Part shown: piece by piece, positions 10,484 to 21,623 of the stretch | Layout of the letters: every line of letters starts with the position of its first letter | How positions within the stretch are numbered: position 1 is the first letter of the stretch | Origin: Candidatus Sericytochromatia bacterium | Lineage (GTDB): Bacteria > Cyanobacteriota > Sericytochromatia > S15B-MN24 > VGJW01 | Assembly: GCA_035285865.1 (NCBI GenBank) | Contig: JAYKHS010000004.1 | Coordinates: 1-64,000, forward strand | Direction of reading: 5' to 3' | Length of the DNA: 64,000 nucleotides | Notes under the pieces: model-generated | Told to the model about the DNA's origin: nothing | The model's database searches: none | The model's input: only the letters and a program-made list of their open reading frames with translations | Made by a program: the position numbers and the translations under genes

Positions 10484-11973
10484 GCGCGGACCTCCCGTGC
10501 CAGTGGCTGCAGGTCCCACGCTACGGGTGGCCTCGCCATCCACCAGGGGTGCGCCCGCTCGTAAGCATGTCCGGCATCGAGGATGCGGGTCTCTCCACCG
10601 CGGGGGCCTTGCAGTTGCATGCCGATGGGCAGCCCCTTGCGGTCGAACCCGCACGGCACCGAGAGCGCCGGAATGCCCGCGAGGTTGGCCCCTACCGTGG
10701 CCACGTCCGAAAGGACCATCGCCAGCGGGTCATCCAGACGGCTGCCCAGCGGGAATGCCGTGGTCGGGCTGGTGCAGGAAAGCAGCACGTCGACCTCACG
10801 GAATACCCGGTCATGGGCTTGGGCGATCAGATGTCGGACCTTGCGGGCACGCCCGTGGTAGGCCTCCTGGTGTCCGGCCGACAGGGCGAAGGTGCCTAGC
10901 AGGATGCGGCGCTTGACCTCGGCTCCGAAGCCTTCGGATCGGGTGCGCTCAATCGTGCTGCCCAGTTCCTCGGTCTCCCGACGCAGGCCGAATCGCATGC
11001 CTTCGAAGCGGGAGAGGTTGCTCGAGACTTCCGCCGTCGCCAGCAGGTAGTAGGTCGGGATGGCCCACTCCAGTTCCGGCATCTCGACGGGTACGAGCGT
11101 GCAGCCCGCATCGCGGTACCAGGCCATGGCCTTGCTGAGGGCCTCCGCCACGTCCGACTGGATCCCGGCCCCTTCCGTCAAGCGGGTGAGGACGCCGATG
11201 CGCATGCCCGCGATGGAGCTCGGTTGCCACGTCCATGGCTCCCCCTCGTCCAGACTCGTGGCATCCCGGGGGTCGGGGCCGGCCAGAACCTCGAGGACAC
11301 GCGCGGCGTCGGTCACCGTGCGCGTCAGCGGGCCCATCTGGTCGAGGCTACTGCCGTAGGCCACCAGGCCGTACCGGGAGACCCGGCCATAACCCGGCTT
11401 CAGGCCCACCACGCCGCACATGGCCGCAGGTTGCCGGATGGAGCCTCCCGTGTCGCTGCCGATCGCCACCTGCACCATGCCCGTCGCCACCGCTGCCGCC
11501 GCCCCGCCCGAGGAACCGCCCGGCACGCTGCCGAGCTGCCAAGGATTACGGGTGGGGCCGAAGGCACTTGTCTCGGTGGACGAGCCCATGCCGAATTCGT
11601 CCATGTTCGTCTTGCCGAGGAGGACGGCCCCGGCCGCTTCCAGCCGGCGCACCACGGTGGCGTCGTAAGGTGGCATCCATCCTGTGAGGATGCGGCTGGC
11701 GCACGTGGTGGGCTCCCCGATCCGACAGATGTTGTCCTTCAGGGCGACGGCCACCCCTTGCAATGCACCCGCCGCAGGGCCTTCATCGATCTGGCGTGCG
11801 CGATCGATGGCTCGCTCTGCGGAGATATGCACCATCGCACCCAGGCCGGCATCCACGCGGATGATGCGGTCTAGCGCTTCCCGCGTGGCCGTTCGTGCCG
11901 TCAGCTTACCGTGCGCGACAGCCTCCGCCACGCCGGCGGCGGTTTCGAGGGCGGCGTCCTGATCCATGGTCAC
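10480..11973 (-). CDS. gatA: Asp/Glu-tRNA amidotransferase subunit A
   Basis: KTNMDEFGMGSS, GGSSGG, SDTGGSIRQPA and EVKRRILLGT motifs. Confidence 0.97.
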
Positions 11974-12029
11974 GCCCCATTCTAGGGCAAGACGGCCGCC
12001 CGGATGTCCGGAAGCGGCCGCCCCTGCAC

Positions 12030-12323
12030 TCAGGGCTTCGGAGGGGTCTTCTTGCGACCTTGGCGTGTCGAGGAGCCCCCCTTACGGCCAATAGAGCTGT
12101 AGAACTCGACGCCGCGCTCCTTCTTGACGGCCTCTCCTCCCTTGCGACCGATAGCGGAGAAGAACTCCGGGCCGTACTTGGCCTTGGTGGCTTGACCGCC
12201 CTTCTTGCCGATTTCCTGGAAGAACTCCTTGCCGCGCTCCTCCTTGACCGTTTCCCCACCCCTGCGGCCTGCTTCGACCATCCTTGGGTCGCCCTTGGCC
12301 GGTCCCGGCTTGTTGCCGATCAT
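12030..12323 (-). CDS. KGG-repeat general stress protein (Con-10/GsiB-like)
   Basis: Repeated 22-aa units of the form G.EF..IG[KR]KGG. SD upstream. Confidence 0.88.
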   Translation of the reverse strand: MIGNKPGPAKGDPRMVEAGRRGGETVKEERGKEFFQEIGKKGGQATKAKYGPEFFSAIGRKGGEAVKKERGVEFYSSIGRKGGSSTRQGRKKTPPKP

Positions 12324-12537
12324 GCTCCGTTCCCCTTTCCGCGGGCGCGGTCCAGGCGTTCGGGTCAGGGGCTCTGATGTCCGGACCTCGCGGCACCGGT
12401 CGGATGCGTATGCTGGCGCTTGGGGCCTGCCTGGCCCTCCTGTCCCGCCGCCCGCATCCTGTCAGGGTCGGGCCTGCCGGTCGCTGTCCACGGTGCACGG
12501 CGCTGACTGGGCAAGTCGGGGCGGTACACTGGACGGC

Positions 12538-13497
12538 ATGGAAGCTTTGGGGCCACGAATTTATTGGACGACCCGGCCCGAGGGAGCCGCCCATGGTCGA
12601 CGGGCATGCCTGGTCCACAACCCCAAGGCGGGCCCACTGACGGGCAAGGCAGACTGGGATCGCTTCGTGGCCCCGCTGCGTGCCGACGGATGGGAGCTGG
12701 CGGTCGTGCCCACGCGCAAGGCGGGTGATGGCGAAGCTATTGCGCGCATGGCGATTGCCGACGGTGCCGAGACCATCCTCGTGGCCGGAGGGGATGGCAG
12801 CATCAACGAAGTTCTTCCGGTCCTGGTCGGCACGGACGTATCGCTCGGCATCCTGCCCGTCGGCACGGCCAATGTGCTTGCCCGAGAGTTGGGAATCGGC
12901 ACTGATCTGAGCCGGGCGCTCGAGATCCTCCGGGGTGGTCATGCCCGCCGCATCGACGTCGGGCGTCTCATGCGACCGGGCGAGCCCGATCGCTTCTTCT
13001 GCGCCATGACGGGCATCGGCTTCGATGCCGTCAGCATGATGGGCGAGGACCTTGGCCTCCTCAAGGAGCGCCTTGGCCGGGGAGCCTTCGCTCTGACGGC
13101 GATGCGCACTTCCCTTCACCACCGCCCGTCCCGCCTGACGCTCGAGGTGGACGGAAAGCGCCAGCGCCAGCTGGTCTACATGATGATCGTGGCCAATACC
13201 GCGTTTTATGGCGTGGATTTCCTGAAGGTCACGCCCGAGGCCAGCATCTCGGACGGTGAGCTCGACGTCGCCATTCTCCGGTCGCGATCCTTTCTCGAGG
13301 CGTGGCGCGATTTCTTCGGGATTGCCATCGGTCGGGTACGCAACCTGCCCACCTACGAGACGTTGCGCTGCAAGCGCCTGACGGTACGTTCGGGCAAGCC
13401 CGTGCCCTTCCAGGTGGACGGGGACCTGGTCGGGACCACGCCCGTGACGCTCGAAGTGGTGCCCTCGGGACTCAAGGTGTTCGCGCCGGAGAACTGA
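12538..13497 (+). CDS. Diacylglycerol/lipid kinase family protein (YegS/BmrU-like)
   Basis: HNPKAG, AGGDGSINEV, PVGTANVLA and QVDGD motifs. Confidence 0.92.
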   Translation: MEALGPRIYWTTRPEGAAHGRRACLVHNPKAGPLTGKADWDRFVAPLRADGWELAVVPTRKAGDGEAIARMAIADGAETILVAGGDGSINEVLPVLVGTDVSLGILPVGTANVLARELGIGTDLSRALEILRGGHARRIDVGRLMRPGEPDRFFCAMTGIGFDAVSMMGEDLGLLKERLGRGAFALTAMRTSLHHRPSRLTLEVDGKRQRQLVYMMIVANTAFYGVDFLKVTPEASISDGELDVAILRSRSFLEAWRDFFGIAIGRVRNLPTYETLRCKRLTVRSGKPVPFQVDGDLVGTTPVTLEVVPSGLKVFAPEN

Positions 13498-13523
13498 AGG
13501 GCTTGGGTGCTACGATGGACGCC

Positions 13524-14183
13524 ATGCCCGGACGCAAGACCTTCATCGCCATCGCCGGAAATATCGGGTCCGGCAAGAGCAGCCTTACTCGCTGGCTGGC
13601 CGATCGGCTCGGGTACGAGGCCTGTTTCGAGGTCGTCGACGACAATCCCTACCTCGACGATTTCTACCAGGACATGAAGACCTGGAGCTTCCATACGCAG
13701 GTCTATTTCCTGTCGCGCCGCTTCGAGAACCATCGTCGCATCACCGAGGGTGCGCGTTCCGTGGTGCAGGACCGCAGCATCTACGAGGATTCGGTGATTT
13801 TCGCGCGCAACCTGCACGACCAAGGGATGATGAGCGATCGCGACTACGACAACTATCAGGATCTCTACCGGACGATGGCCAACTTCTTTCAGCCGCCGGA
13901 TCTGCTCCTGTACCTGAAGTGCTCGGTACCTACCCTGATGCGACGCATCGCGAAGCGGGGACGCAGCTACGAGCAAGAGATTCCGCGGGACTACATCGCG
14001 CAGCTCAATGACCTATACGACGAATGGGTCGAGGGTTTCGACGCTGCCCCCAAGCTCGTGCTGCCCGGGGACGACCTCGATTTCGTCTCGTCGTGGATGG
14101 ATTTCAGCTTCATCCTCGACATGATCGATGCCATGAAGGTGGATCCCGATCGATTGCAGACCTCCCTCTTCGCACAACGCTAG
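13524..14183 (+). CDS. Deoxynucleoside kinase
   Basis: GNIGSGKS P-loop, DRSIYED and RIAKRGRSYE motifs. ATG 13515 is an alternative start. Confidence 0.93.
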   Translation: MPGRKTFIAIAGNIGSGKSSLTRWLADRLGYEACFEVVDDNPYLDDFYQDMKTWSFHTQVYFLSRRFENHRRITEGARSVVQDRSIYEDSVIFARNLHDQGMMSDRDYDNYQDLYRTMANFFQPPDLLLYLKCSVPTLMRRIAKRGRSYEQEIPRDYIAQLNDLYDEWVEGFDAAPKLVLPGDDLDFVSSWMDFSFILDMIDAMKVDPDRLQTSLFAQR

Positions 14184-14209
14184 GCTTGGTGGCGTGGTAG
14201 GATGCCACC

Positions 14210-15028
14210 GTGCGCATCCTGGTCTCGAACGACGACGGCATCCACGCCCCGGGCATCCAGATCCTGGCGTCGACGCTGGCGCTCGAACATGAAGTTCATG
14301 TCGTGGCGCCGGATCGCGAGCGCAGCGCCACGGGCCATGCGCTGACCCTTCACAAGCCGCTGCGCCTTGAGGAAGTGCCCATCGAAGGCACGGCCTCCAG
14401 CCGCTGCGTCAACGGCACGCCTGCCGACTGCGTCAAGCTGGCGCTGGGTGCCCTGATGGTCGATCACATGCCTGATCTCGTCGTCAGCGGCATCAATCGC
14501 GGTCCGAACCTGGGCGTGGATGTCATCTACTCCGGGACGGTGTCCGCGGCCGTCGAGGGCACGATTCTGCTCGGACGTCCCTGCGTCGCCATTTCGCTGG
14601 CCAGCTTCAGCGATCTGGGCTACGAGAAGGGGGCGCTCTTCGCGCTGGATCTGGTGCGGGAACTGGCCGGGCGGACCCTGCCCCGTGCCGTGCTGTTGAA
14701 CGTGAACGTCCCGGCCGTCGAGATCGGGGACATCGCGGGCGTCCGCGTGACCCGTCTGGGGCAACGCCGATACAACGATGCCTTCGAACGCCGGGTGGAT
14801 CCCCGGGGCAAGGTCTACTACTGGCTGGCCGGCGAGGCCGAGGATTTGCACGAGGCGCCCGACACCGATGTCACGGCCATCCGGGACAACTGCATCTCGG
14901 TCACGCCGATCCACTACGATCTGACGCATCCCGGCAGTCTTCCGGACATGGCTGACTGGCACCTGCCGGTGCCCAGGCCGGTCGGCGTGCCCGTCGAGGG
15001 CGGCCGGACCGACACGCGGGGGCACTAG
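14210..15028 (+). CDS. surE: 5'/3'-nucleotidase SurE
   Basis: RILVSNDDG, GTPADCV, SGINRGPN and YSGTVSAA motifs. Confidence 0.96.
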   Translation: MRILVSNDDGIHAPGIQILASTLALEHEVHVVAPDRERSATGHALTLHKPLRLEEVPIEGTASSRCVNGTPADCVKLALGALMVDHMPDLVVSGINRGPNLGVDVIYSGTVSAAVEGTILLGRPCVAISLASFSDLGYEKGALFALDLVRELAGRTLPRAVLLNVNVPAVEIGDIAGVRVTRLGQRRYNDAFERRVDPRGKVYYWLAGEAEDLHEAPDTDVTAIRDNCISVTPIHYDLTHPGSLPDMADWHLPVPRPVGVPVEGGRTDTRGH

Positions 15029-15799
15029 GTGCCGGCACGGATTGGCGTCACGTGGGGGACGGCCGTCTCCGAGGAGCAGTGGCCCAAGCTCGAGCGATAT
15101 GCCACGAGTCTGCTCGCTGCCGGCGCCGAACCCGTCGCGGTGATGCCGGCCGGCTGGGGGCGGCTCGCCCGAGAGGCCCTGGCACGTCGCGGAACCGGTT
15201 TTGCCGCCGTGCTGGAGGATGCGGGACCGGATGTTTGCGATGGCTGGGTGCTGGCCGGTGGACCCGATGTCGCGCCGCGGCACTATGGCGAGGACGTCTC
15301 GTCGAACACCGTCAAGGTAGATGGTCCGCGTGACGATCTCGAATTGCCGCTGGCGCGGGCGATCCTGCGCGAGGGGCGTCCGGTTCTGGGGGTTTGCCGC
15401 GGATTCCAGTTGCTGAACATCGCCTGCGGCGGCGCCCTGATCCAGGACCTGCCCAGCCAGATGGAGGGCGTCGTCGAGCATCGGGAGGGTGTCTTCCACG
15501 AGCTGCGGGTCGCCGAGGGCTCTCGCCTCGCAGCCTGGTGCGCGGGTGAGGTGCTCGTGGTCAACTCCTGGCATCATCAGGGCACGGCCGAGGCGCGTGG
15601 TCTCGCGTCCAGCCTGCGCGCCGTGGCCTGGACCCGGGACGGTCTCGTCGAGGCATTCGAGGACGGGGGTGGCGTGTCTTCGGGGTTTCTCTACGGGGTC
15701 CAGTGGCATCCGGAGCGTCCCGATGAGGCGGACAGCACCGTGGCTCGCGCCGTTTCCTCGGCCCTTTTCACGGCACTGGTGACGGCTGCTCGCGCCTGA
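15029..15799 (+). CDS. Peptidase C26 / gamma-glutamyl-GABA hydrolase family (class I glutamine amidotransferase)
   Basis: GGPDV, GVCRGFQLLN, VNSWHHQ and QWHPE motifs. Confidence 0.9.
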   Translation: MPARIGVTWGTAVSEEQWPKLERYATSLLAAGAEPVAVMPAGWGRLAREALARRGTGFAAVLEDAGPDVCDGWVLAGGPDVAPRHYGEDVSSNTVKVDGPRDDLELPLARAILREGRPVLGVCRGFQLLNIACGGALIQDLPSQMEGVVEHREGVFHELRVAEGSRLAAWCAGEVLVVNSWHHQGTAEARGLASSLRAVAWTRDGLVEAFEDGGGVSSGFLYGVQWHPERPDEADSTVARAVSSALFTALVTAARA

Positions 15800-15870
15800 C
15801 GGCACGCGGGCGCGGCGCCATGGCCTCTGCTACAATGGGCAGGTCATCCAGTCTTTTGGGAGCAGACGCC

Positions 15871-17259
15871 GTGAAGGTCACCCTCGAGAAGCACGAGCAG
15901 AATCATGTCCACCTCCATGTCGAGGTGGATGCGGCTCAGGTCCAGAAGGCCTGGGATCACGCCTACCGCCACCTCCGGTCGCAGGTGAACATCCCAGGGT
16001 TCCGTCGCGGCAAGGCGCCGATGCCGCTTGTCGAGAAGCACGTCGGAACTCAGGCCTTGGCTCAGGAAGCGCTCGAGCATCTCGTCCCCGAGGCCTACAC
16101 GCAGGCCGTGGCCGAGGCCGCCATCGAGCCTGTCGATCAGCCGCGCGTGGAGGTCAAGGTCTTCGGCAAGGGGCAGCCGGCCGAGCTGCACTACACCGTC
16201 GAAGTCCGGCCCGAAGTGACGCTGGGCACCTACCTCGACATCGAGGTGGCCGTAGCCAAGGACGCCGTGACGCCGGATCAGGTCGATCAGGTCCTCGGCA
16301 ATCTGCGCAATCGCAAGGCCCATCTGCATGTCGTCGAGCGCGAGGTGCGCCAGGGGGATGTGGTCGTGGCCGATTTCCTCGGCAAGCTGGACGGCGTGCC
16401 TTTCAAGGGTGGCGAAGCGTCCAAGATGTCCATCGAGGTTGCCGAGGGTCGCTTCATCCCCGGATTCGTCGAGGCACTCGTCGGCCTCAAGGCGGGTGAC
16501 GCCAAGGTGGCCGACGTGACCTTCCCCGCCGATTACGGCAACGCCGAGCTGGCCGGCAAGGCCGCGACCTTCGATCTGACGGTCCACGAAGTCAAGGAGC
16601 GCCATCTGCCCGAGGTCGACGAGGCCTTTGCCAAGGAGCACGGCATGGATTCCGTCGAGCAGTTGCTCGAACGGATTCGCACGGACCTCGATCGCGAGGC
16701 GACGGAAGCCCACGAGGTGGCCCAGCGCAAGGCCATGCTCGAAGCCATCGTGGTCCAGAGTCAGATGGAGCTCTCGGACACCATGTTGCGCCGCGAGATT
16801 TACTTCCTGCTCGAGCAGCACTTCACCAATCTCCAGCGCCAGGGTGCCGACATCGGTTCGCTGTTCAGCGAAGAGACCCGATCCGAATGGGAAGACCGCT
16901 TCCGTGCCGAAGCCATGCAGCGCATTCGGACCAGCCTGACGCTCGGGGCCATCGCTCGGAAGGAAGGTCTGGAAGTGACCCAGCAGGAAGTGGCGGCTGC
17001 CGTCGTCGAGTATGCCCAGATGCTGGGTCGGGACCCCGGGCAGTTCCAGCAGGAGCTCGTCAAGAATGGGCGCTACACCGCCCTGGTGGACGAGGTGCTG
17101 TCCAACAAGATCATCGAGTGGCTCTTCGAGCGGGCCAAGGTCTCCGCGGATGCTGCCCCTGCCGTGGCAGTCGACGCAGCCGCCAAGCCTGCCAAGCCCA
17201 AGGCCGCAAAGACCAAGGCCCCCAAGGCCGAGACCGCCAACCCCGAGACTGCCGAGTAG
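15871..17259 (+). CDS. tig: Trigger factor
   Basis: IPGFRRGKAP ribosome-binding motif and FKBP domain (FIPGF, FPADY). Precedes clpP. A TACAAT -10 lies upstream. Confidence 0.96.
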   Translation: MKVTLEKHEQNHVHLHVEVDAAQVQKAWDHAYRHLRSQVNIPGFRRGKAPMPLVEKHVGTQALAQEALEHLVPEAYTQAVAEAAIEPVDQPRVEVKVFGKGQPAELHYTVEVRPEVTLGTYLDIEVAVAKDAVTPDQVDQVLGNLRNRKAHLHVVEREVRQGDVVVADFLGKLDGVPFKGGEASKMSIEVAEGRFIPGFVEALVGLKAGDAKVADVTFPADYGNAELAGKAATFDLTVHEVKERHLPEVDEAFAKEHGMDSVEQLLERIRTDLDREATEAHEVAQRKAMLEAIVVQSQMELSDTMLRREIYFLLEQHFTNLQRQGADIGSLFSEETRSEWEDRFRAEAMQRIRTSLTLGAIARKEGLEVTQQEVAAAVVEYAQMLGRDPGQFQQELVKNGRYTALVDEVLSNKIIEWLFERAKVSADAAPAVAVDAAAKPAKPKAAKTKAPKAETANPETAE

Positions 17260-17292
17260 CCCGCTTCGTTCCCCCATCACGAGGTATCACCG

Positions 17293-17934
17293 ATGTTCCT
17301 GCCCCACATGCAGCCCACCGTGGCCGGTCTCGTGCCGATGGTCGTCGAGCAGACGAGCCGCGGCGAGCGCGCCTTCGACATCTACAGCCGCCTCCTGAAG
17401 GAGCGGATCATCTTCCTCGGCACCCCCATCGACGACATGGTGGCCAGCCTCATCATCGCCCAGCTGCTCTTCCTCGAGGCCGAGGATCCTGCCAAGGACA
17501 TCTACCTTTACATCAACAGCCCGGGCGGCGTCGTGACGGCGGGTCTCGCCATCTACGACACGATGCAGTACATCAAGCCTGAAGTCAGCACCATCTGCAT
17601 CGGTCAGGCCGCCTCGATGGGTGCCTTCTTGCTCAATGCCGGTGCCAAGGGCAAGCGCATCTCCCTGCCGAACTCGCGCATCATGATTCACCAGCCCCTC
17701 GGTGGAGCCCAGGGGCAGGCGACGGACATCGAGATCCAGGCCAAGGAAATCCTGCGCCTGAAGGGCAAGCTCAACGAACTGATGGCTTTCCACTCCGGGC
17801 AGCCCATCGAGCGCGTCGAGAAGGACACGGATCGCGACTTCTTCATGTCGGGTCTCGAGGCCAAGGAGTGGGGGCTTATCGACGAGGTCCTCGAACCGCG
17901 TCGCGGCGACAAGGCGGACAAGGCCGGCGCCTGA
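17293..17934 (+). CDS. clpP: ATP-dependent Clp protease proteolytic subunit
   Basis: [26 protein letters not shown] and HQP motifs. Confidence 0.98.
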   Translation: MFLPHMQPTVAGLVPMVVEQTSRGERAFDIYSRLLKERIIFLGTPIDDMVASLIIAQLLFLEAEDPAKDIYLYINSPGGVVTAGLAIYDTMQYIKPEVSTICIGQAASMGAFLLNAGAKGKRISLPNSRIMIHQPLGGAQGQATDIEIQAKEILRLKGKLNELMAFHSGQPIERVEKDTDRDFFMSGLEAKEWGLIDEVLEPRRGDKADKAGA

Positions 17935-17971
17935 GCGCCGGTCCGGAATCGGGACGAGATCAGGAGGCCAC

Positions 17972-19255
<1,284 letters not shown>

Positions 19256-19265
19256 GGCGAAGTCC

Positions 19266-19320
19266 GGGCGGGGCGCACTTCGGCAGCTGATGCCGGTGAG
19301 TGCCCCGCCTTCTTCCTTTC
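19266..19320 (+). terminator. Terminator after clpX
   Basis: Stem GGCGGGGCGC / GTGCCCCGCC followed by TTCTTCCTTTC. Confidence 0.6.
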
Positions 19321-19348
19321 TGCACACCCGTGGGTGCCGGACGGTCCG

Positions 19349-20062
19349 TCAGTCCGTTCGGTCTGGCACCGGAAATAGAGTCAGCTGTCGGCTGCTGCCG
19401 CGCGCCATCGGCAGGGGCGGGACCCAGGCCAGAGGACCGCTGGGACGAATGTCCTCGAGCGTCTGTGGTGCAGGGGGCGGGAAGGGCACGACGCGCTCCT
19501 CTTCCGGTCGGAACGGCGGAGCTGCGAGCGGACGCGGCGCGTCTTCCCCGGCCATGGCTCGCTCGAAGTGACCCTGGGCCACGCGTCGCCAGTGGCGCCA
19601 ATCGGGCACGTGCGCAGCCACGAGGTTCCAGAATGCGGAGGAGTGGTCCGGAACCTGCAAGTGGGCTAGTTCGTGGACGACGAGATAGGTCAGCGCTTCG
19701 TCGCACAGGCCGTCGATGGCGTGGCGGGAGAAGGTCAGGATGCCGGTCCGGACGTTGGCCTGCGCGAGACGCGTGCGCCGGGCCTTGCCGAGCCTTACCC
19801 CCTTGAGCGGTACGTTCAGCGTGCGTTGGTTAATCTCGCGCACGAGCCGGCTCAGGCTGGCCTCGTTGAACGCGGGACGCTGCACGGGGGGCGGCAGGTC
19901 GGACCAGGCGTCCGTGCGCTTGCGTGCCCACTGCAGGAAGCGCTCGATGACCCGGCTCTGCTCGCCAGCAGGCCAGTGCTGGGGCATCTTCACGTGGAGC
20001 ACGCCCTGGCGCATGTGTGCCCTGGCTGTCCGGGCAGACACATAGCAGACGTCTATCTCCAT
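19349..20062 (-). CDS. YgjP/DUF45-like zinc metalloprotease-fold protein
   Basis: YLVVHELAHL..PDHSSAFWNLV...PDW signature. Start placed at ATG 20062. Confidence 0.85.
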   Translation of the reverse strand: MEIDVCYVSARTARAHMRQGVLHVKMPQHWPAGEQSRVIERFLQWARKRTDAWSDLPPPVQRPAFNEASLSRLVREINQRTLNVPLKGVRLGKARRTRLAQANVRTGILTFSRHAIDGLCDEALTYLVVHELAHLQVPDHSSAFWNLVAAHVPDWRHWRRVAQGHFERAMAGEDAPRPLAAPPFRPEEERVVPFPPPAPQTLEDIRPSGPLAWVPPLPMARGSSRQLTLFPVPDRTD

Positions 20063-20168
20063 TGCGGCAATTACTCCATGTTGATAAGTCAATCCTACAC
20101 GAAGGGAGACCGCTTGTCTGTGGGCTATGGCACGGATGCTCGGATGGACGAGGCTTCCCAAGGACAAA

Positions 20169-20194
20169 GGCCGGCACCGAGATCGGTGCCGGCC
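20169..20194 (-). terminator. Terminator after trxA
   Basis: Perfect inverted repeat GGCCGGCACCGA / TCGGTGCCGGCC followed by TTTGT on the minus strand. Confidence 0.75.
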
Positions 20195-20208
20195 CGAGAC
20201 GGACGCGT

Positions 20209-20535
20209 TCAGGCCAGCTTGGCCTCGATGAGGCCAATGAGCTGCTCCTTGGGCTTGAAGCCCGTAACGCGCAGGACTTCTTCGCCACCCTTGAACATGA
20301 TCAGCGTCGGAATGCTCATGACGCCGAATTGCTGGGCCGTGGCCCCATTGTCGTCGACGTCGAGCTTCACGATGCGCAGGGCGCCTGCCTTCTCTTCCGC
20401 GACCTGATCGAGGATAGGCGCGATCATCTTGCAGGGGCCGCACCAAGGTGCCCAGAAGTCCACAAGCACCGGCGTGGACGCATCGAGCACTTCGCTCTTG
20501 AAGGTGGCATCCGTGATGGCCGTGAGGCTGGACAT
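20209..20535 (-). CDS. trxA: Thioredoxin
   Basis: WAPWCGPC motif, 108 aa, SD AGGAG. Confidence 0.97.
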   Translation of the reverse strand: MSSLTAITDATFKSEVLDASTPVLVDFWAPWCGPCKMIAPILDQVAEEKAGALRIVKLDVDDNGATAQQFGVMSIPTLIMFKGGEEVLRVTGFKPKEQLIGLIEAKLA

Positions 20536-20751
20536 GGGTATGGTCTCCTGTCTTCCTGCAGACGTCGGGACCGTCGTCTGCTATTTCATTTTACAGGAAG
20601 CCGCAGCCTTGGTGGTTTGTCGGATGGGGTACCCCAGGGGTGTACCAGCCCTGACCTGCCTCGAGCAGATCGAGCCTAACCCGACCTTAAGCTCCTTATA
20701 AGTCCCGGGGGAAGTACGCTGGTCTCTGGACGCATCGGCCGATAACCCGGC

Positions 20752-21495
20752 ATGCCTGACGTCTCGGCCTCGCGCCCAACCTTGCCCAATCCCGCGGGCG
20801 GGGGATTGTTGCGCACCGAAGTTGCGTTGGCCCGCACGCAGCGCGTCACGAGGCACGACGGCAGGTCCGAGGACGTTCGCGAGACGGTCATGCGTGTCGG
20901 CGTCGGTCGCATCGACGCGCGCGTCAAGGTCCGCGTGCCGCTGGGCGCGGAGCCTGTCGGCTTCGATGCCCTTCAGGACCATGTCCACGGTCCCCGCCAT
21001 GCCGGCCTTAAACCTGAGGTTCGTGTCAGCAATCTTCGTGTCGACGGTGAGCCCATGGGCGCGTGGCTCCAGCGCGAGTCCATGGACTGGGCTGAAAGCG
21101 ATCCTTCCATGGCCATCCCCGTCCTGGCTGTCACCGGGGCCGCCGTGATTGCGGGGGCGGTGGCCTACGGCAAGCGGCATGGCGGGATTCGGGTCGGTAC
21201 GGGCAGCCACGAGATTGTCACCTTCGAGAGTGTTTCCCTGCAGGCGTCCGCGGGCATCCGCGTCGCAGGCCAGCGTGCCGTCGACTGGGATCACGCTGCC
21301 CTTCGGGCCCGTTCCTCGGCATTCGGGGACGACAGCCAGATGGCCTTGGGTGCCGTCGTGCCGCGACACGGTCGGCCGCGGCTCGAGGCCACCTGGGACA
21401 AGGCGCTGGGGCGCGAAGGGGCGGTCGGTTTCTTCGGGACCGTCGATACCCATGGCGACGTGGCCGTCGGTATCCAGATGAACGTGAGCTTCTGA
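20752..21495 (+). CDS. Hypothetical beta-strand-rich protein
   Basis: Long ORF with GC3 bias, an internal hydrophobic segment and a C-terminal Phe. No family recognised. Confidence 0.6.
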   Translation: MPDVSASRPTLPNPAGGGLLRTEVALARTQRVTRHDGRSEDVRETVMRVGVGRIDARVKVRVPLGAEPVGFDALQDHVHGPRHAGLKPEVRVSNLRVDGEPMGAWLQRESMDWAESDPSMAIPVLAVTGAAVIAGAVAYGKRHGGIRVGTGSHEIVTFESVSLQASAGIRVAGQRAVDWDHAALRARSSAFGDDSQMALGAVVPRHGRPRLEATWDKALGREGAVGFFGTVDTHGDVAVGIQMNVSF

Positions 21496-21623
21496 GCCCG
21501 ATTCCCGACGGATGGTCCGTGGTCGTTCTGGACGACCGGTGCTTGAAACCTTCATCAAGCCTTGGTTGATCCGCTTCAGGCCAATCGCACCCGTCGCGAC
21601 GATGCATCCGGGGGGAACGTGTC

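Noticed and set aside
12080..12275. 66-bp periodic repeats as a CRISPR array or DNA repeat element
   Set aside because: They are degenerate in-frame KGG protein repeats with no unique spacers.
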